Shown here: positions 20,403 through 30,145 of the stretch, in pieces
How the letters are laid out: each line of letters starts with the position of its first letter
Position numbering within the stretch: position 1 is the stretch's first letter
DNA from: Nitrospinales bacterium
Lineage (GTDB): Bacteria > Nitrospinota > Nitrospinia > Nitrospinales > JAJDAT01
Assembly (NCBI GenBank): GCA_046757665.1
Contig: JBHHYO010000004.1
Coordinates: forward strand, 1-64,000
Direction: 5' to 3'
DNA: 64,000 nt
Notes under the pieces: model-generated
Told to the model about the DNA's origin: nothing
Seen by the model: only the letters and a program-made list of their open reading frames with translations
The model's database searches: none
Made by a program: the position numbers and the translations under genes

Positions 20403-21281
20403 ATGATAAAAGTTCGTGCCAGCCAGATTTTCACGCGCACCGTGGACAAGGCGGTGGCCGCCAAAAAAGACTTGGATGTCGGAGTCTCGTTTGTGGACGC
20501 CGTCGAAAAGTACAGCGACTGTCCTTCCAAAAAAAACAAGGGCGACCTCGGATGGGTGACCGACTTGAACCTGAAGTCCCTTTTGGGAGAAGGGTTGATG
20601 CCGGACCATAAGGGGGAAGTCATCGGCCCCATTCACTCACAATACGGTTATCACATTCTGATGATCACCGACATCCAGATGGAAAAGCCGTCCGGCACGG
20701 AAGGTCCCTTTACCTTGGACACGCCCATGGTTCGATTGCGGGAAACCTTCCCCGAGGCCGACTCCCCGCTGTTCGCAAACTTTAGAATCGGCCTGCCCGT
20801 TGCCGGCTATGAACCGGAGGCGACTATCGAATCCGTTTGCCGGGAACACGGCAAGTCCGGAGACCAGGCCGTTGAAGTTTTGAATTTTTTAAACTCCGAG
20901 TACCAAAAGAAAACCAGCTTCATCAGTCCGGAGGATTTACAGCGCAAAATCCAGTCCGGAGAGGCGCCGGTTATTCTCGACATCCGCGAGCAATGGGAGC
21001 GGGACATCGTCTGCCTGCAAGGCGCAAAACCCGTCAGCCGGGACAACTGCGCCGCCATCCTGAACGATCTCGACAAAACGGCGGAAATCGTTCTCGTGGA
21101 CTGGAAGGGAGAACGGGTGGCCAGTTTCAGGCAATGGTTGCAAGGCCAGGGGTTTGGCCACGTCCGTAGCCTGCGCGGCGGCATTGACGCCTGGGCGGCG
21201 GAAATCGAACCCCGCTTGAACCGGTATGAAATCGACGAGGACGACGGCTACCGCTATGAAGATATCACCGAGGAAAAGTAA
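20403..21281 (+). CDS. Parvulin (PpiC) - DUF1858/ScdA_N-like - rhodanese-like fusion protein
   Basis: VRASQI, YSDCPSKKNKGDLGW, GPIHSQYGYHIL, then ILDIREQWE and SLRGGIDAW. AAGGAG RBS. Confidence 0.8.
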   Translation: MIKVRASQIFTRTVDKAVAAKKDLDVGVSFVDAVEKYSDCPSKKNKGDLGWVTDLNLKSLLGEGLMPDHKGEVIGPIHSQYGYHILMITDIQMEKPSGTEGPFTLDTPMVRLRETFPEADSPLFANFRIGLPVAGYEPEATIESVCREHGKSGDQAVEVLNFLNSEYQKKTSFISPEDLQRKIQSGEAPVILDIREQWERDIVCLQGAKPVSRDNCAAILNDLDKTAEIVLVDWKGERVASFRQWLQGQGFGHVRSLRGGIDAWAAEIEPRLNRYEIDEDDGYRYEDITEEK

Positions 21282-21338
21282 CGACTCCGTGCGCCGCAAA
21301 CCACAACCCGTCCGCCCATCCCCGGAACCGTTTTCCCG

Positions 21339-22319
21339 ATGACCGCCCTCCTCGCCATTGAAAACCTGGGCGCGTCTTTTGACACCGATGGCGGCGTGGT
21401 GCGCGCCGTGCGCGGCGTGGACCTGACCATCCAACCCTCGGAAACCCTGGCGCTGGTCGGCGAATCGGGTTGCGGCAAGTCCGTCAGCGCCCTCAGCATC
21501 ATGCGGCTGATTCCCAGCCCCCCCGGCCGGTTCGACTCGGGCCGGATTCTGCTCAAGGGCCGCAACCTGCTTTCCGCCACCGAGGAGGAGATGCGTAAAA
21601 TCCGCGGCAACGACATCGGCATGATTTTCCAGGAGCCGATGACATCCCTCAACCCCATTTTCACCATCGGCGATCAAATCGCGGAAGTCATCATCCTGCA
21701 TCAGAACAAAAGCGAGAGCGAAGCGCGCGCCATGACCCTGGACATGTTACGCAAGGTGGCCATCCCCTCGCCGGAGCAACGAATCGACCAATACCCGCAC
21801 GAACTGTCCGGAGGCATGAAGCAACGGGTCATGATCGCCATGGCCATCGCTTGCCGCCCGGCCCTGCTCATTGCCGACGAACCGACCACGGCGCTGGACG
21901 TTACCATTCAGGCGCAAATTCTCGATTTGCTGGCGTCCCTGCAATCGGAAATTCAAATGTCGATCCTGTTGATCACGCACAATTTAGGCATCGTCGCGGA
22001 ATACGCGGACCGGGTGGCGGTCATGTATGCCGGGAAAATCGTCGAGGAAACCTCAACCGGCCAACTGTTCGAATCTCCCGCCCATCCTTACACGCAGGGC
22101 CTGCTGAAATCCATTCCCCGAAACGAACCGGGCAGTCCGCTGGATCCGATTCCAGGCGCGGTTCCCCATCCCGCTCATTTGCCCTCCGGATGCGCCTTTC
22201 ATCCGCGCTGTTCCCAGGCGATGCCGCATTGTAAAGAAAAAATCCCCCCTCTCGTAAAGATCCCCGGATCGCAAACCCATCACCAAACCGCCTGCTGGCT
22301 TTACGAAAATGGACAATGA
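21339..22319 (+). CDS. oppD: Peptide ABC transporter ATP-binding protein (OppD/DppD)
   Basis: [44 protein letters not shown]. Confidence 0.93.
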   Translation: MTALLAIENLGASFDTDGGVVRAVRGVDLTIQPSETLALVGESGCGKSVSALSIMRLIPSPPGRFDSGRILLKGRNLLSATEEEMRKIRGNDIGMIFQEPMTSLNPIFTIGDQIAEVIILHQNKSESEARAMTLDMLRKVAIPSPEQRIDQYPHELSGGMKQRVMIAMAIACRPALLIADEPTTALDVTIQAQILDLLASLQSEIQMSILLITHNLGIVAEYADRVAVMYAGKIVEETSTGQLFESPAHPYTQGLLKSIPRNEPGSPLDPIPGAVPHPAHLPSGCAFHPRCSQAMPHCKEKIPPLVKIPGSQTHHQTACWLYENGQ

Positions 22320-23313
22320 CTCCATGAAACCCTTACTGAAAGTCCAATCCCTGAAAAAGTTTTTCCCCATTTACGGCGGCCTGCTGTCCAAGCCCGTAAA
22401 CCAGGTCAAGGCAGTCAACGGTGTCTCATTTGAAATCGCCCGGGGCGAAACGCTGGGTCTCGTGGGAGAATCCGGTTGCGGCAAAACCACCGTCGGGCGC
22501 ATGACCATCAACCTCCTGGAACCCACTTCCGGAAAAGTGTATTTTGACGGAATCGACCTGCCGACCCTCAGCGAAAAAAAGTTGTTTCCCTTGAGGCGGC
22601 GGATGCAGATCATCTTTCAAGACCCTTACAGCTCGCTCAATCCCCGGTTTACGGTGGAACGCATCATCGGCGAAGCCATGTTGATTCACAAGAAAGCGAC
22701 GCGCCATGACGTCAAAAAAAAAATCGGCGCCATCATGGAACGTGTCGGCCTGTCCCCGGTATATATGAAACGTTATCCGCACGAGTTTTCCGGCGGACAA
22801 AGACAGCGCATCGGCATTGCCCGGGCTTTGGCTCTCGATCCCGAATACATCGTCTGTGACGAGCCGGTATCGGCGCTGGACGTTTCCATCCAGGCGCAGA
22901 TCATCAACCTGTTACAAAAACTCCAGGGAGAATTTAACCTGTCCCTGTTGTTCATTTCCCATGACCTGAACGTCGTCAAGCATCTGTCGCACCGAACCGC
23001 GGTCATGTATCTGGGGCGGCTGGTGGAGATCGCCCCTACGGCTGTTTTGAACCGCGAGGCCGCCCACCCGTACACCCAGGCCCTGCTGGCATCCAATCCC
23101 TTGACGGACCCAAAAAAACGAAGGCCGCGCATTGTGTTAAAAGGAGACGTCCCATCGCCGCTGAACCCGCCCAGCGGCTGTCATTTTCATCCCCGTTGTC
23201 CTCAGGTAATGGATCACTGCCGCACCACCGCCCCGCGACCCATAAAACTGAGCGATAACCACATCGTGGAATGCCATTTGTATGAACCGGCCCCGAGCGA
23301 AAGTCCAAAATAA
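22309..23313 (+). CDS. oppF: Peptide ABC transporter ATP-binding protein (OppF/DppF)
   Basis: [47 protein letters not shown]. Confidence 0.93.
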   Translation: MDNDSMKPLLKVQSLKKFFPIYGGLLSKPVNQVKAVNGVSFEIARGETLGLVGESGCGKTTVGRMTINLLEPTSGKVYFDGIDLPTLSEKKLFPLRRRMQIIFQDPYSSLNPRFTVERIIGEAMLIHKKATRHDVKKKIGAIMERVGLSPVYMKRYPHEFSGGQRQRIGIARALALDPEYIVCDEPVSALDVSIQAQIINLLQKLQGEFNLSLLFISHDLNVVKHLSHRTAVMYLGRLVEIAPTAVLNREAAHPYTQALLASNPLTDPKKRRPRIVLKGDVPSPLNPPSGCHFHPRCPQVMDHCRTTAPRPIKLSDNHIVECHLYEPAPSESPK

Positions 23314-23428
23314 ATCGTCAGGCTTTTCCTGAAAAAACGTGTACCCTGATCACTGGGCTCTCAAGAAAACCCGGGCCGGGATGCCTCGATGAACGGGCTG
23401 AATTCAATGAAACAAGGACACTTGAACA

Positions 23429-24718
23429 ATGAACTATAGGGAAAGCTTGAATTATCTTTCCAGCCTGTTGCCAAGTGGGATCAAATTGGGTCTTGAAAAC
23501 ACCGCCCGGCTTTTACGCTATTTTGGCGATCCCCAATTGAAAATTCCCGCCATTCACATTGCGGGCACCAACGGCAAGGGGTCCACCGCGGCTTTTGCGG
23601 AAAGCATCCTGCGCGCCGCCGGTTACCGGGTAGGACTTTACACCTCCCCCCACCTTCTGGATTTTCGCGAGCGGGTTCAGGTCAACCGCGTTCCCATCGC
23701 CCCCGATGAATTCGCCGAACTTGCCGGAAGAATCAAGCAAGCCGCCGAATCCGGCAATATCCCGATAACCTATTTCGAATTCAGCACGGTCCTCGCCTTC
23801 CTCTATTTTCACGAAAAAAAACTCGATTGGAACGTCATCGAGGTGGGCCTCGGCGGCAGGCTGGACGCCACCAACCTGTGCCACGCGGAAATTTCCATCC
23901 TGACATCCATCTCCCGGGACCACGCGGATCAGCTGGGCTCAAACCTCGAAACCATCGCCTTTGAAAAGGCCTCCATTATCAAGGATCGCGGCACGGTTTT
24001 TGCTGATATTCCCAATGAGGCTGTGTCGAAGGTGATTGCGCGGGTGGCTCGGGACCGCCGCGCCACATTACAATGCTTGCGAAAGGATTTCGAGGCGGAA
24101 AGGACAACATTCAACTCTCAAAGCCAGTCGATCGATTTCCGCGGCCGGCAGCGCCATTGGAAAAACCTGACCCTGCCGTTAATCGGCCGGCATCAGGTTG
24201 CCAACGCCGCCCTGGCCATCGCCGCCTGTCTCGAACTGAACTCGAAACAACACTCCGTTTCTGAAACGGCGGTGCGGCAGGGACTGCAAACCACCCGCTG
24301 GGACGGACGATTGGAAACCGTGGCAAAGAACCCCGACATTGTCCTCGATTGCGCCCACAACCCAGACGGCGTCAAAAAACTGACAGAAAGCCTGCGGGAA
24401 TACTTCAAGTTTGACCAATGCCTTCTGGTCCTGGGAACCATGCGCGATAAGCCGGTCGAGGATATGCTGGGTATCCTGGCCCGATTCGCTCACAAAATCA
24501 TCCTGGTAAAACCCCGGCAACAACGAAGCGAGGACCCCAATCGCCTGTATGCCATACTGCGTAAATACCATAAATTTGTTGAAATTATTAATGAAATACC
24601 ATATGCTTTGAACTCAGCCAGGAGAATGGTTCGCCCCACGGATATCATTTGTGTTACCGGCTCCCTTTTCACCGTGGCGGAGGCCAAACAGTTCTTTGCC
24701 AATGAGCGGAATAACTAA
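23429..24718 (+). CDS. folC: Bifunctional folylpolyglutamate synthase/dihydrofolate synthase
   Basis: HIAGTNGKGST, YTSPHL, EVGLGGRLDATN, LDCAHNP, VTGSLF. Confidence 0.96.
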   Translation: MNYRESLNYLSSLLPSGIKLGLENTARLLRYFGDPQLKIPAIHIAGTNGKGSTAAFAESILRAAGYRVGLYTSPHLLDFRERVQVNRVPIAPDEFAELAGRIKQAAESGNIPITYFEFSTVLAFLYFHEKKLDWNVIEVGLGGRLDATNLCHAEISILTSISRDHADQLGSNLETIAFEKASIIKDRGTVFADIPNEAVSKVIARVARDRRATLQCLRKDFEAERTTFNSQSQSIDFRGRQRHWKNLTLPLIGRHQVANAALAIAACLELNSKQHSVSETAVRQGLQTTRWDGRLETVAKNPDIVLDCAHNPDGVKKLTESLREYFKFDQCLLVLGTMRDKPVEDMLGILARFAHKIILVKPRQQRSEDPNRLYAILRKYHKFVEIINEIPYALNSARRMVRPTDIICVTGSLFTVAEAKQFFANERNN

Positions 24719-26915
24719 ACCCATCCTGGTTCTCTGGCTTGCCGTTGTCCTTGCCGCTGGAGAAGCCCTCGCCAACCCTGCGGCAATGCCCTCCTCCGCC
24801 GGGCAAAAAGCGGCTGTCGCAAAAAAAATCTCCGGCAAATCCCAATCTTCCCAGGAAGAATCCGTTAGAATTTCCGCCGACCACCTCGAACGGGATTCCG
24901 CGAAGGACACGATCAAGGCGCGGGGCAAGGTCACCGTTCGTTATCAAAACAGGGCCGTCCGCGCCGACCGCATAAAAATCAATCTGAAAACCGGCAAGGG
25001 AGAAGCCACGGGCCACGTGCTTATCACTGGAGAAGGGACGCGGCTCAAAGCGCACGGCGCCGTCTTCAACCTGAAAAGCGAAAAAGCGAAATTCTTTAAC
25101 GTCCGCGGCGAAATCGCTCATTCCTATTACATCAAGAGCAAAAGCGCCCGTAAACTCTCCGACCGGCATTACAAACTCGACAAATCCTCACTGACCACCT
25201 GCAAGGGCCATCTGCCGGACTGGGTTTTTGAAGTGGACTCCATGGATGTGCAGGTAGGCGACCGCGCCCTGTTCCGCGGCGCCACCTTCAAGGTGCGGGA
25301 CGTGCCCTTGCTCCATCTCCCCATCGGCTACGTCCCTCTCGACAACGAACGCAAAAGCGGCTTCCTGTTTCCCGAATTCGGCAGTAGCAATGTGAACGGC
25401 GTTTTTATCAACAACAGCTACTTTTGGGCGATCAACCGCCAGTCCGATGCCACCTTTTCGATCGACTACATGGAAAAACGCGGCGTCCGGCCGGAAATCG
25501 AATATCGCTACACTCCCAGCGCCACCACCCGCGGAGAGTTCCGGGCGAATATACTCGACGACAAAATCACCAACGATGTCATCTGGAAGGTGGATGCCGT
25601 TCACCAGCAGGCCCTGCCGCGTGGCTTTCATGTCAATGCCAAGCTCGATCTCATCAGCGCGAACAACTTCAACAAAACCTTCACCAATAACGTGGCAAGG
25701 CGGACCCGCAGAAGCACCAACTCGTTTTTTAACCTCACCAAATCCTGGAGCAACAGCACCCTGGACGTCCTCGCCCGAGCCCGTAACAGCATCGAGGACA
25801 ACCGCAACGATACCCTGAACCTTTTCCCGCAGATCACCCACAAGGTTCAACGCTTCGCCATCGGCAACTCTCCATTTTTCTTTAACCAGGAGGCCTCGTA
25901 CACCCTGTTCCAGACCGACCTGGACCCCAGCGTCTCCGTTGACCGAACGGAAACCTTTCAGCGCATCGACTTTCATCCGCAGATTTCCATGCCCCTGCGG
26001 CCCACGTCATGGATCACCTTCACACCCATCGTGGGGTTCCGGGAAACCTATTACAGCAAGGGGTTGGGAGCCGAAAAGCAAACGCTGGACGGCTTTTCCA
26101 GGCAATTGGCGGACATCAATACGGTCATTGAGGGGCCCAAGTTCAGAAAAATTTATTTCACCGGCAATCCAAAATACCCCAAACTCAACCACGTCGTCGA
26201 ACCGCGCCTGACGTACCAATACATTCCCGACATCAGCGAAAACACGCGAAAAAAAATAAAAGTGTTCGACAGCGTCGACACCATCGGCGCCGCCAATCGC
26301 ATAACCTACACGCTCAACCAGAGAATTCACCGCAAAACGGCCCTCAAAAACGGCAAATTCAAGACCGATCAGGTCATGAGGCTGGAACTCAAGCAAACGT
26401 ACGACATCCGCGAAGCGACCCGCACCCAACCTCCCGGAACCAAGTCCCGGCCTTTTTCCGACCTGCGGTTCGACCTCGATAGCCGGCTTCTCGACGCCCT
26501 GATGATGAACTTCGATACCAAGTTCGACGTTTATGACGGCGTCTTCAACACCGCCAACCTGGAAGTCGGCATCAAAGCCACGGAAATGCTGTCGATCTTT
26601 TTTGAGCGCCGGTTCACCCGCAACGCCTCGACCTTCCTTCAGGGAACCATCAACCTGGATCTGAAAAAAGGCTGGCGCATTCAGTACAGCGCCCGCTTCG
26701 ACGAAAAACGCACCCGATTCCAGGAAAACGACTTCAGTGTCTCGTATAATGACCCGTGCAAATGCTGGGGGGTGGGATTCGACTTCATCAAGCGCAACAA
26801 CATCAACGGCGGCATCAACCAGGACGACACGCGATTCATGCTCAACATCAACCTGAAAGGGATCGGCTCCATCGGCACCAACAAAAAAGACAAGTTATTG
26901 CACAGGAGATTTTAA
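24702..26915 (+). CDS. lptD: LPS-assembly outer membrane protein LptD
   Basis: Signal peptide, OstA-like ISADHL...ARGKV, TTC..PDW, RKSGFLFP, YFWAI, C-terminal CKCW, located after folC. Confidence 0.9.
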   Translation: MSGITKPILVLWLAVVLAAGEALANPAAMPSSAGQKAAVAKKISGKSQSSQEESVRISADHLERDSAKDTIKARGKVTVRYQNRAVRADRIKINLKTGKGEATGHVLITGEGTRLKAHGAVFNLKSEKAKFFNVRGEIAHSYYIKSKSARKLSDRHYKLDKSSLTTCKGHLPDWVFEVDSMDVQVGDRALFRGATFKVRDVPLLHLPIGYVPLDNERKSGFLFPEFGSSNVNGVFINNSYFWAINRQSDATFSIDYMEKRGVRPEIEYRYTPSATTRGEFRANILDDKITNDVIWKVDAVHQQALPRGFHVNAKLDLISANNFNKTFTNNVARRTRRSTNSFFNLTKSWSNSTLDVLARARNSIEDNRNDTLNLFPQITHKVQRFAIGNSPFFFNQEASYTLFQTDLDPSVSVDRTETFQRIDFHPQISMPLRPTSWITFTPIVGFRETYYSKGLGAEKQTLDGFSRQLADINTVIEGPKFRKIYFTGNPKYPKLNHVVEPRLTYQYIPDISENTRKKIKVFDSVDTIGAANRITYTLNQRIHRKTALKNGKFKTDQVMRLELKQTYDIREATRTQPPGTKSRPFSDLRFDLDSRLLDALMMNFDTKFDVYDGVFNTANLEVGIKATEMLSIFFERRFTRNASTFLQGTINLDLKKGWRIQYSARFDEKRTRFQENDFSVSYNDPCKCWGVGFDFIKRNNINGGINQDDTRFMLNINLKGIGSIGTNKKDKLLHRRF

Positions 26916-26920
26916 CCGCC

Positions 26921-27571
26921 ATGCAAAATGAACCCGCCGATTTCCACGCCGGAGAACTGGCGCGCATCGCCCTGTCGATCGGCGCCATCAAACTGAATCC
27001 CGAAAACCCGTTCACCTGGGCGTCCGGATATCGAATGCCCGTTTACAACGACAACCGCCTTCTTCTCGGCAACGCCGAGCACCGCCTTCTGGTCGCCCGG
27101 GGCCTGCGGGCCGTTTTAACCCGCGAAAACATTCCCGTGGACGTCGTTGCCGGTACCGCCACCGCCGGCATCCCGCCCGCCACCAGCCTTGCCAACCTGT
27201 TGCGAGCACCCCTCATTTACGTTCGCCCGAAACCCAAACAGCACGGGATGCAAAACCAGATCGAAGGTATCCTGAAAAGCAATCAAAATACGGTCGTCGT
27301 CGAAGACCTCATATCCACAGGTGGAAGCGCCCTGGAAGCGGTGGCCGCCGTCCGCCGAGCGGGCGCCAGGGTCGAGCACTGCCTCTGCATTTTCAATTAC
27401 GGTTTCGCCGAGGCCGCCGAGGCCTTTGAAAAAGCCCACTGCCGCCTCCATTCCCTCTTGACCTTTCCGGAACTTCTCCAGTACGCCGAAAACAAAAAAA
27501 TCATGTCCTCCGGACAAATCGCCCTTCTGCGCGACTGGTATCAAAACCCGTTCGACTGGGGAAAACGGTAA
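26921..27571 (+). CDS. pyrE: Orotate phosphoribosyltransferase
   Basis: PFTWASG..PVYNDNR, GTATAGIP, YVRPKPKQHG, VVEDLISTGGS. Confidence 0.96.
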   Translation: MQNEPADFHAGELARIALSIGAIKLNPENPFTWASGYRMPVYNDNRLLLGNAEHRLLVARGLRAVLTRENIPVDVVAGTATAGIPPATSLANLLRAPLIYVRPKPKQHGMQNQIEGILKSNQNTVVVEDLISTGGSALEAVAAVRRAGARVEHCLCIFNYGFAEAAEAFEKAHCRLHSLLTFPELLQYAENKKIMSSGQIALLRDWYQNPFDWGKR

Positions 27572-27655
27572 TGCAAATGGCGGGATGGTATTAGAAAAAA
27601 TTCGATGAGAGGGCTATTCCTCGGGGGGACTGTCCAGGGAGGACAGAGGAAAAGT

Positions 27656-27805
27656 TCAAATCCCCGATAGAGTTTTGATGCCGAAAAATTTCAGGAAGGA
27701 CACGGCGGCCCAGATGCCTATGCTGGCGAAAAACCCCAGCGCCACGGCGGCAAGAACGAAGATCATTATCAATTTAAACATTTCCTCAATACCACGAAAT
27801 TTCAT
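27656..27805 (-). CDS. 49-aa small membrane protein
   Basis: MKFRGIEEMFKLIMIFVLAAVALGFFASIGIWAAVSFLKFFGIKTLSGI, AAGAAGGAAG RBS, own promoter upstream. Confidence 0.7.
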   Translation of the reverse strand: MKFRGIEEMFKLIMIFVLAAVALGFFASIGIWAAVSFLKFFGIKTLSGI

Positions 27806-27877
27806 CGACTCTTCCTTCTTGTTGACTGCGTTGGGAATCGGCGGCTCTCGCCCATCGCCTACCCGTGTTAACCGATA

Positions 27878-27907
27878 ACCATAATTGACATCGGCGGCAT
27901 TGTCAAT
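27878..27907 (-). promoter_or_regulatory. Sigma70 promoter overlapped by the palindrome ATTGACA-N10-TGTCAAT
   Basis: Minus strand TTGACA(27906-27901)-N17-TATGGT(27883-27878). Perfect 7-bp inverted repeat at 27884-27890/27901-27907. Confidence 0.65.
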
Positions 27908-27947
27908 CGCCGGTTGCGGAATTTTTCCGCCGGAGGCAACACCGCGA

Positions 27948-28877
27948 TCACCGCCTGACAACCACAAGGGCCACGCCGGCAACGGCGGTGAACGCGCCGA
28001 GGTAACCCAGCGAACCGACAACCTCCGGCTCGATCCAGCCCGGCTTGAATTCCCCTATCAAGTGCATCACCAAAAGAGTGATCAATGGATTGAGAGTAAT
28101 GATAACACTGACATGGGTCAGGGGGATCAACCTTATGGCCTCCAGCAGAGCCCCGTAAGCCAGCAGGGTGTTCAGTCCGAGAAAGACGAGTAACAGCCAG
28201 CTTTTTGAGTTCGCCGCGGCAAACTCCGCCCACGCCACTCCAAAAACCAGCATCATCCCCGCCACGCCATAAACCAGCAGGTTCAGCGACTGCGCCTCAT
28301 ACCGAACACTGAGATATTTCAGAGCCGTAGCGTACACCGCCCAAACGACCGCCGCGAAAATAATATGTCCATTTGCGATGGAATACAGACCCGGAGCCAC
28401 CGTCTGCTGTTTCTGGTCCAGATAAAAAATCACAAAACCGCCAACGGCAACAAACATCCCGGCGGCCTGCCGCCCTCGCAACTTTTCATGAAACAGGTAC
28501 ACGCCCGCCAACACCACCAGAACCGGCGCCAGTTGAATCAGGATAGCGGTGTTGGAGGGGCCGCTGAACTGCACTCCCCGCAAAAAATAAAAATAATTGG
28601 CGGCCAGGCAAACCCCTGCCAGCAAACCCGGCCCGGGCGGATGCCGCAGAATCGCCAGAGGTTCGGATTTACGCAGGCCCAAAACCGCCAGCAAAACCGT
28701 GAAGGCAAAGACAAACCGAAACCACACGATGGTGCCGGCGGAAAACTCCGTCAAGGCCGCCTTCGAGACGATCGGCAAAACGCCCCACAACAAGCAGGTG
28801 CAGAGGGCAAACAAAACCCCGCGCAGGTAAGCGGCGGATTCCACCGCTTCCGGATTAGCTGACGACTCGGCTGTCAT
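27948..28877 (-). CDS. EamA/DMT family transporter
   Basis: About 10 TMs in two repeats, LLWGVLPI.SK, RFVFA, LIQLAP, LFHEKL. Confidence 0.9.
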   Translation of the reverse strand: MTAESSANPEAVESAAYLRGVLFALCTCLLWGVLPIVSKAALTEFSAGTIVWFRFVFAFTVLLAVLGLRKSEPLAILRHPPGPGLLAGVCLAANYFYFLRGVQFSGPSNTAILIQLAPVLVVLAGVYLFHEKLRGRQAAGMFVAVGGFVIFYLDQKQQTVAPGLYSIANGHIIFAAVVWAVYATALKYLSVRYEAQSLNLLVYGVAGMMLVFGVAWAEFAAANSKSWLLLVFLGLNTLLAYGALLEAIRLIPLTHVSVIITLNPLITLLVMHLIGEFKPGWIEPEVVGSLGYLGAFTAVAGVALVVVRR

Positions 28878-28927
28878 TTTCGAGAAACGAGTAAAACAAG
28901 CACGGCGAGAAAACTTAATTCAACACG

Positions 28928-29557
28928 TTATTTCAGCCGCGAAAAATTTTTCAGAAGCATCAACCCGGTCTTTTGGCTTTTTTCGGGATGGAACTGCAAC
29001 GCATGGACGTTGTTCCATTGAATCCCCGATACGAACTCCACGCCATAATTCGTTATCGTCGCCACGGGTTCCGGACTGTCCGGCAACACATAATAGGAGT
29101 GCACAAAATAAAACCAGGAGGCGTCCGGAACGCCGTCGAACAGCGGCAGGTTTTTTTTAACTACGACCCGATTCCAGCCCATATGCGGGATTTTCAATTC
29201 CGCGCCGCCTTGCAAGCCGCGCATTCCCGGCGCAAAGCGAACCACTTTTCCCGGAACGATATTCAAACCGGAAATGGGGCCGAATTCCTCGCTTTCCGAA
29301 AACAGGACTTGCAGGCCCAGGCAGATTCCCAAAAAGGGTTTTCCGCTTTGGATGGTTTTTTGAATGGCGTCCAGCAAGTCCAGTTGCCGCAGGTTCGCCA
29401 TGCCGTTCTTGAAGGCCCCGACCCCGGGGAGGACCACGGAGCGCGCCCCGGCAATCTCCCGCGGGTCGGCGGTCACGCGGGCATCGGCGCCGACCGTCTG
29501 CAAGGCTTTTTGCACCGACCGCAGGTTGCCCATGCCGTAATCGATGATGGCAATCAA
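28928..29557 (-). CDS. hisH: Imidazole glycerol phosphate synthase, glutamine amidotransferase subunit
   Basis: IDYGMGNL, LPGVGAF, GICLGLQ, PHMGWN, YFVHSY, QFHPEKS. Confidence 0.98.
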   Translation of the reverse strand: MIAIIDYGMGNLRSVQKALQTVGADARVTADPREIAGARSVVLPGVGAFKNGMANLRQLDLLDAIQKTIQSGKPFLGICLGLQVLFSESEEFGPISGLNIVPGKVVRFAPGMRGLQGGAELKIPHMGWNRVVVKKNLPLFDGVPDASWFYFVHSYYVLPDSPEPVATITNYGVEFVSGIQWNNVHALQFHPEKSQKTGLMLLKNFSRLK

Positions 29558-30145
29558 TTACAATCGGCCCTTGGTGGAAGGAATTTCGCCGCTTCGCGGG
29601 TCCAGGGAACAAGCCTCATCCAGAGCCCGCGCAAAGGACTTGAACATCGCCTCCACCACATGGTGGAGGTTGCTCCAATAGGCGGCGGTGATGTGCAGGG
29701 TGACACCGGCGTTGGCGGCGAAAGCTTGAAAAAATTCGGGAACCAGTTCAACATCGAACTCGCCGATTTTGGCCTTGGGAAGATCGGCGTTGAAAACGAA
29801 AAAGGCCCGCCCGCTGAGGTCCACTACGGAGGTAGCCAGCGCTTCGTTGAGGGGAACACTGACATCGGCAAAACGGCGGATGCCTTTTTTATCGCCCAGC
29901 GCCTGCGAAAACGCCTGTCCAAGCGAAATCCCCACATCCTCCACGGTGTGGTGAAAATCGATTTCCGTATCGCCCCGGGCCTGGATGTCAAGATCGAAAA
30001 ACCCGTGGCGGGACAACTGCGCCAGCATGTGGTCTAAAAAGGGAATGGGGGTCTGGATGTTGTGCTCGCCCGATCCGTCCAGGTTCAGGCTAACGGCGAT
30101 CTCGGTTTCGCGGGTCGCCCGCTTGATCTGCGAAACTCTACCCAT
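29558..30145 (-). CDS. hisB: Imidazoleglycerol-phosphate dehydratase
   Basis: RATRET, FLDHML, HHTVEDVGI, NLHHVVEA.FK, IPSTKG. Confidence 0.98.
   Translation of the reverse strand: MGRVSQIKRATRETEIAVSLNLDGSGEHNIQTPIPFLDHMLAQLSRHGFFDLDIQARGDTEIDFHHTVEDVGISLGQAFSQALGDKKGIRRFADVSVPLNEALATSVVDLSGRAFFVFNADLPKAKIGEFDVELVPEFFQAFAANAGVTLHITAAYWSNLHHVVEAMFKSFARALDEACSLDPRSGEIPSTKGRL

Noticed and set aside
23314-23428. Possible THF riboswitch before folC
   Set aside because: Only a short TCAGG/CCTGA hairpin, with no riboswitch consensus.
27835-27865. TAGGCGATGG on the minus strand, like the start of a fluoride riboswitch
   Set aside because: Lacks the following GUUCGCC and the downstream UGAUGAC pseudoknot strand, and no crcB/eriC gene is present.
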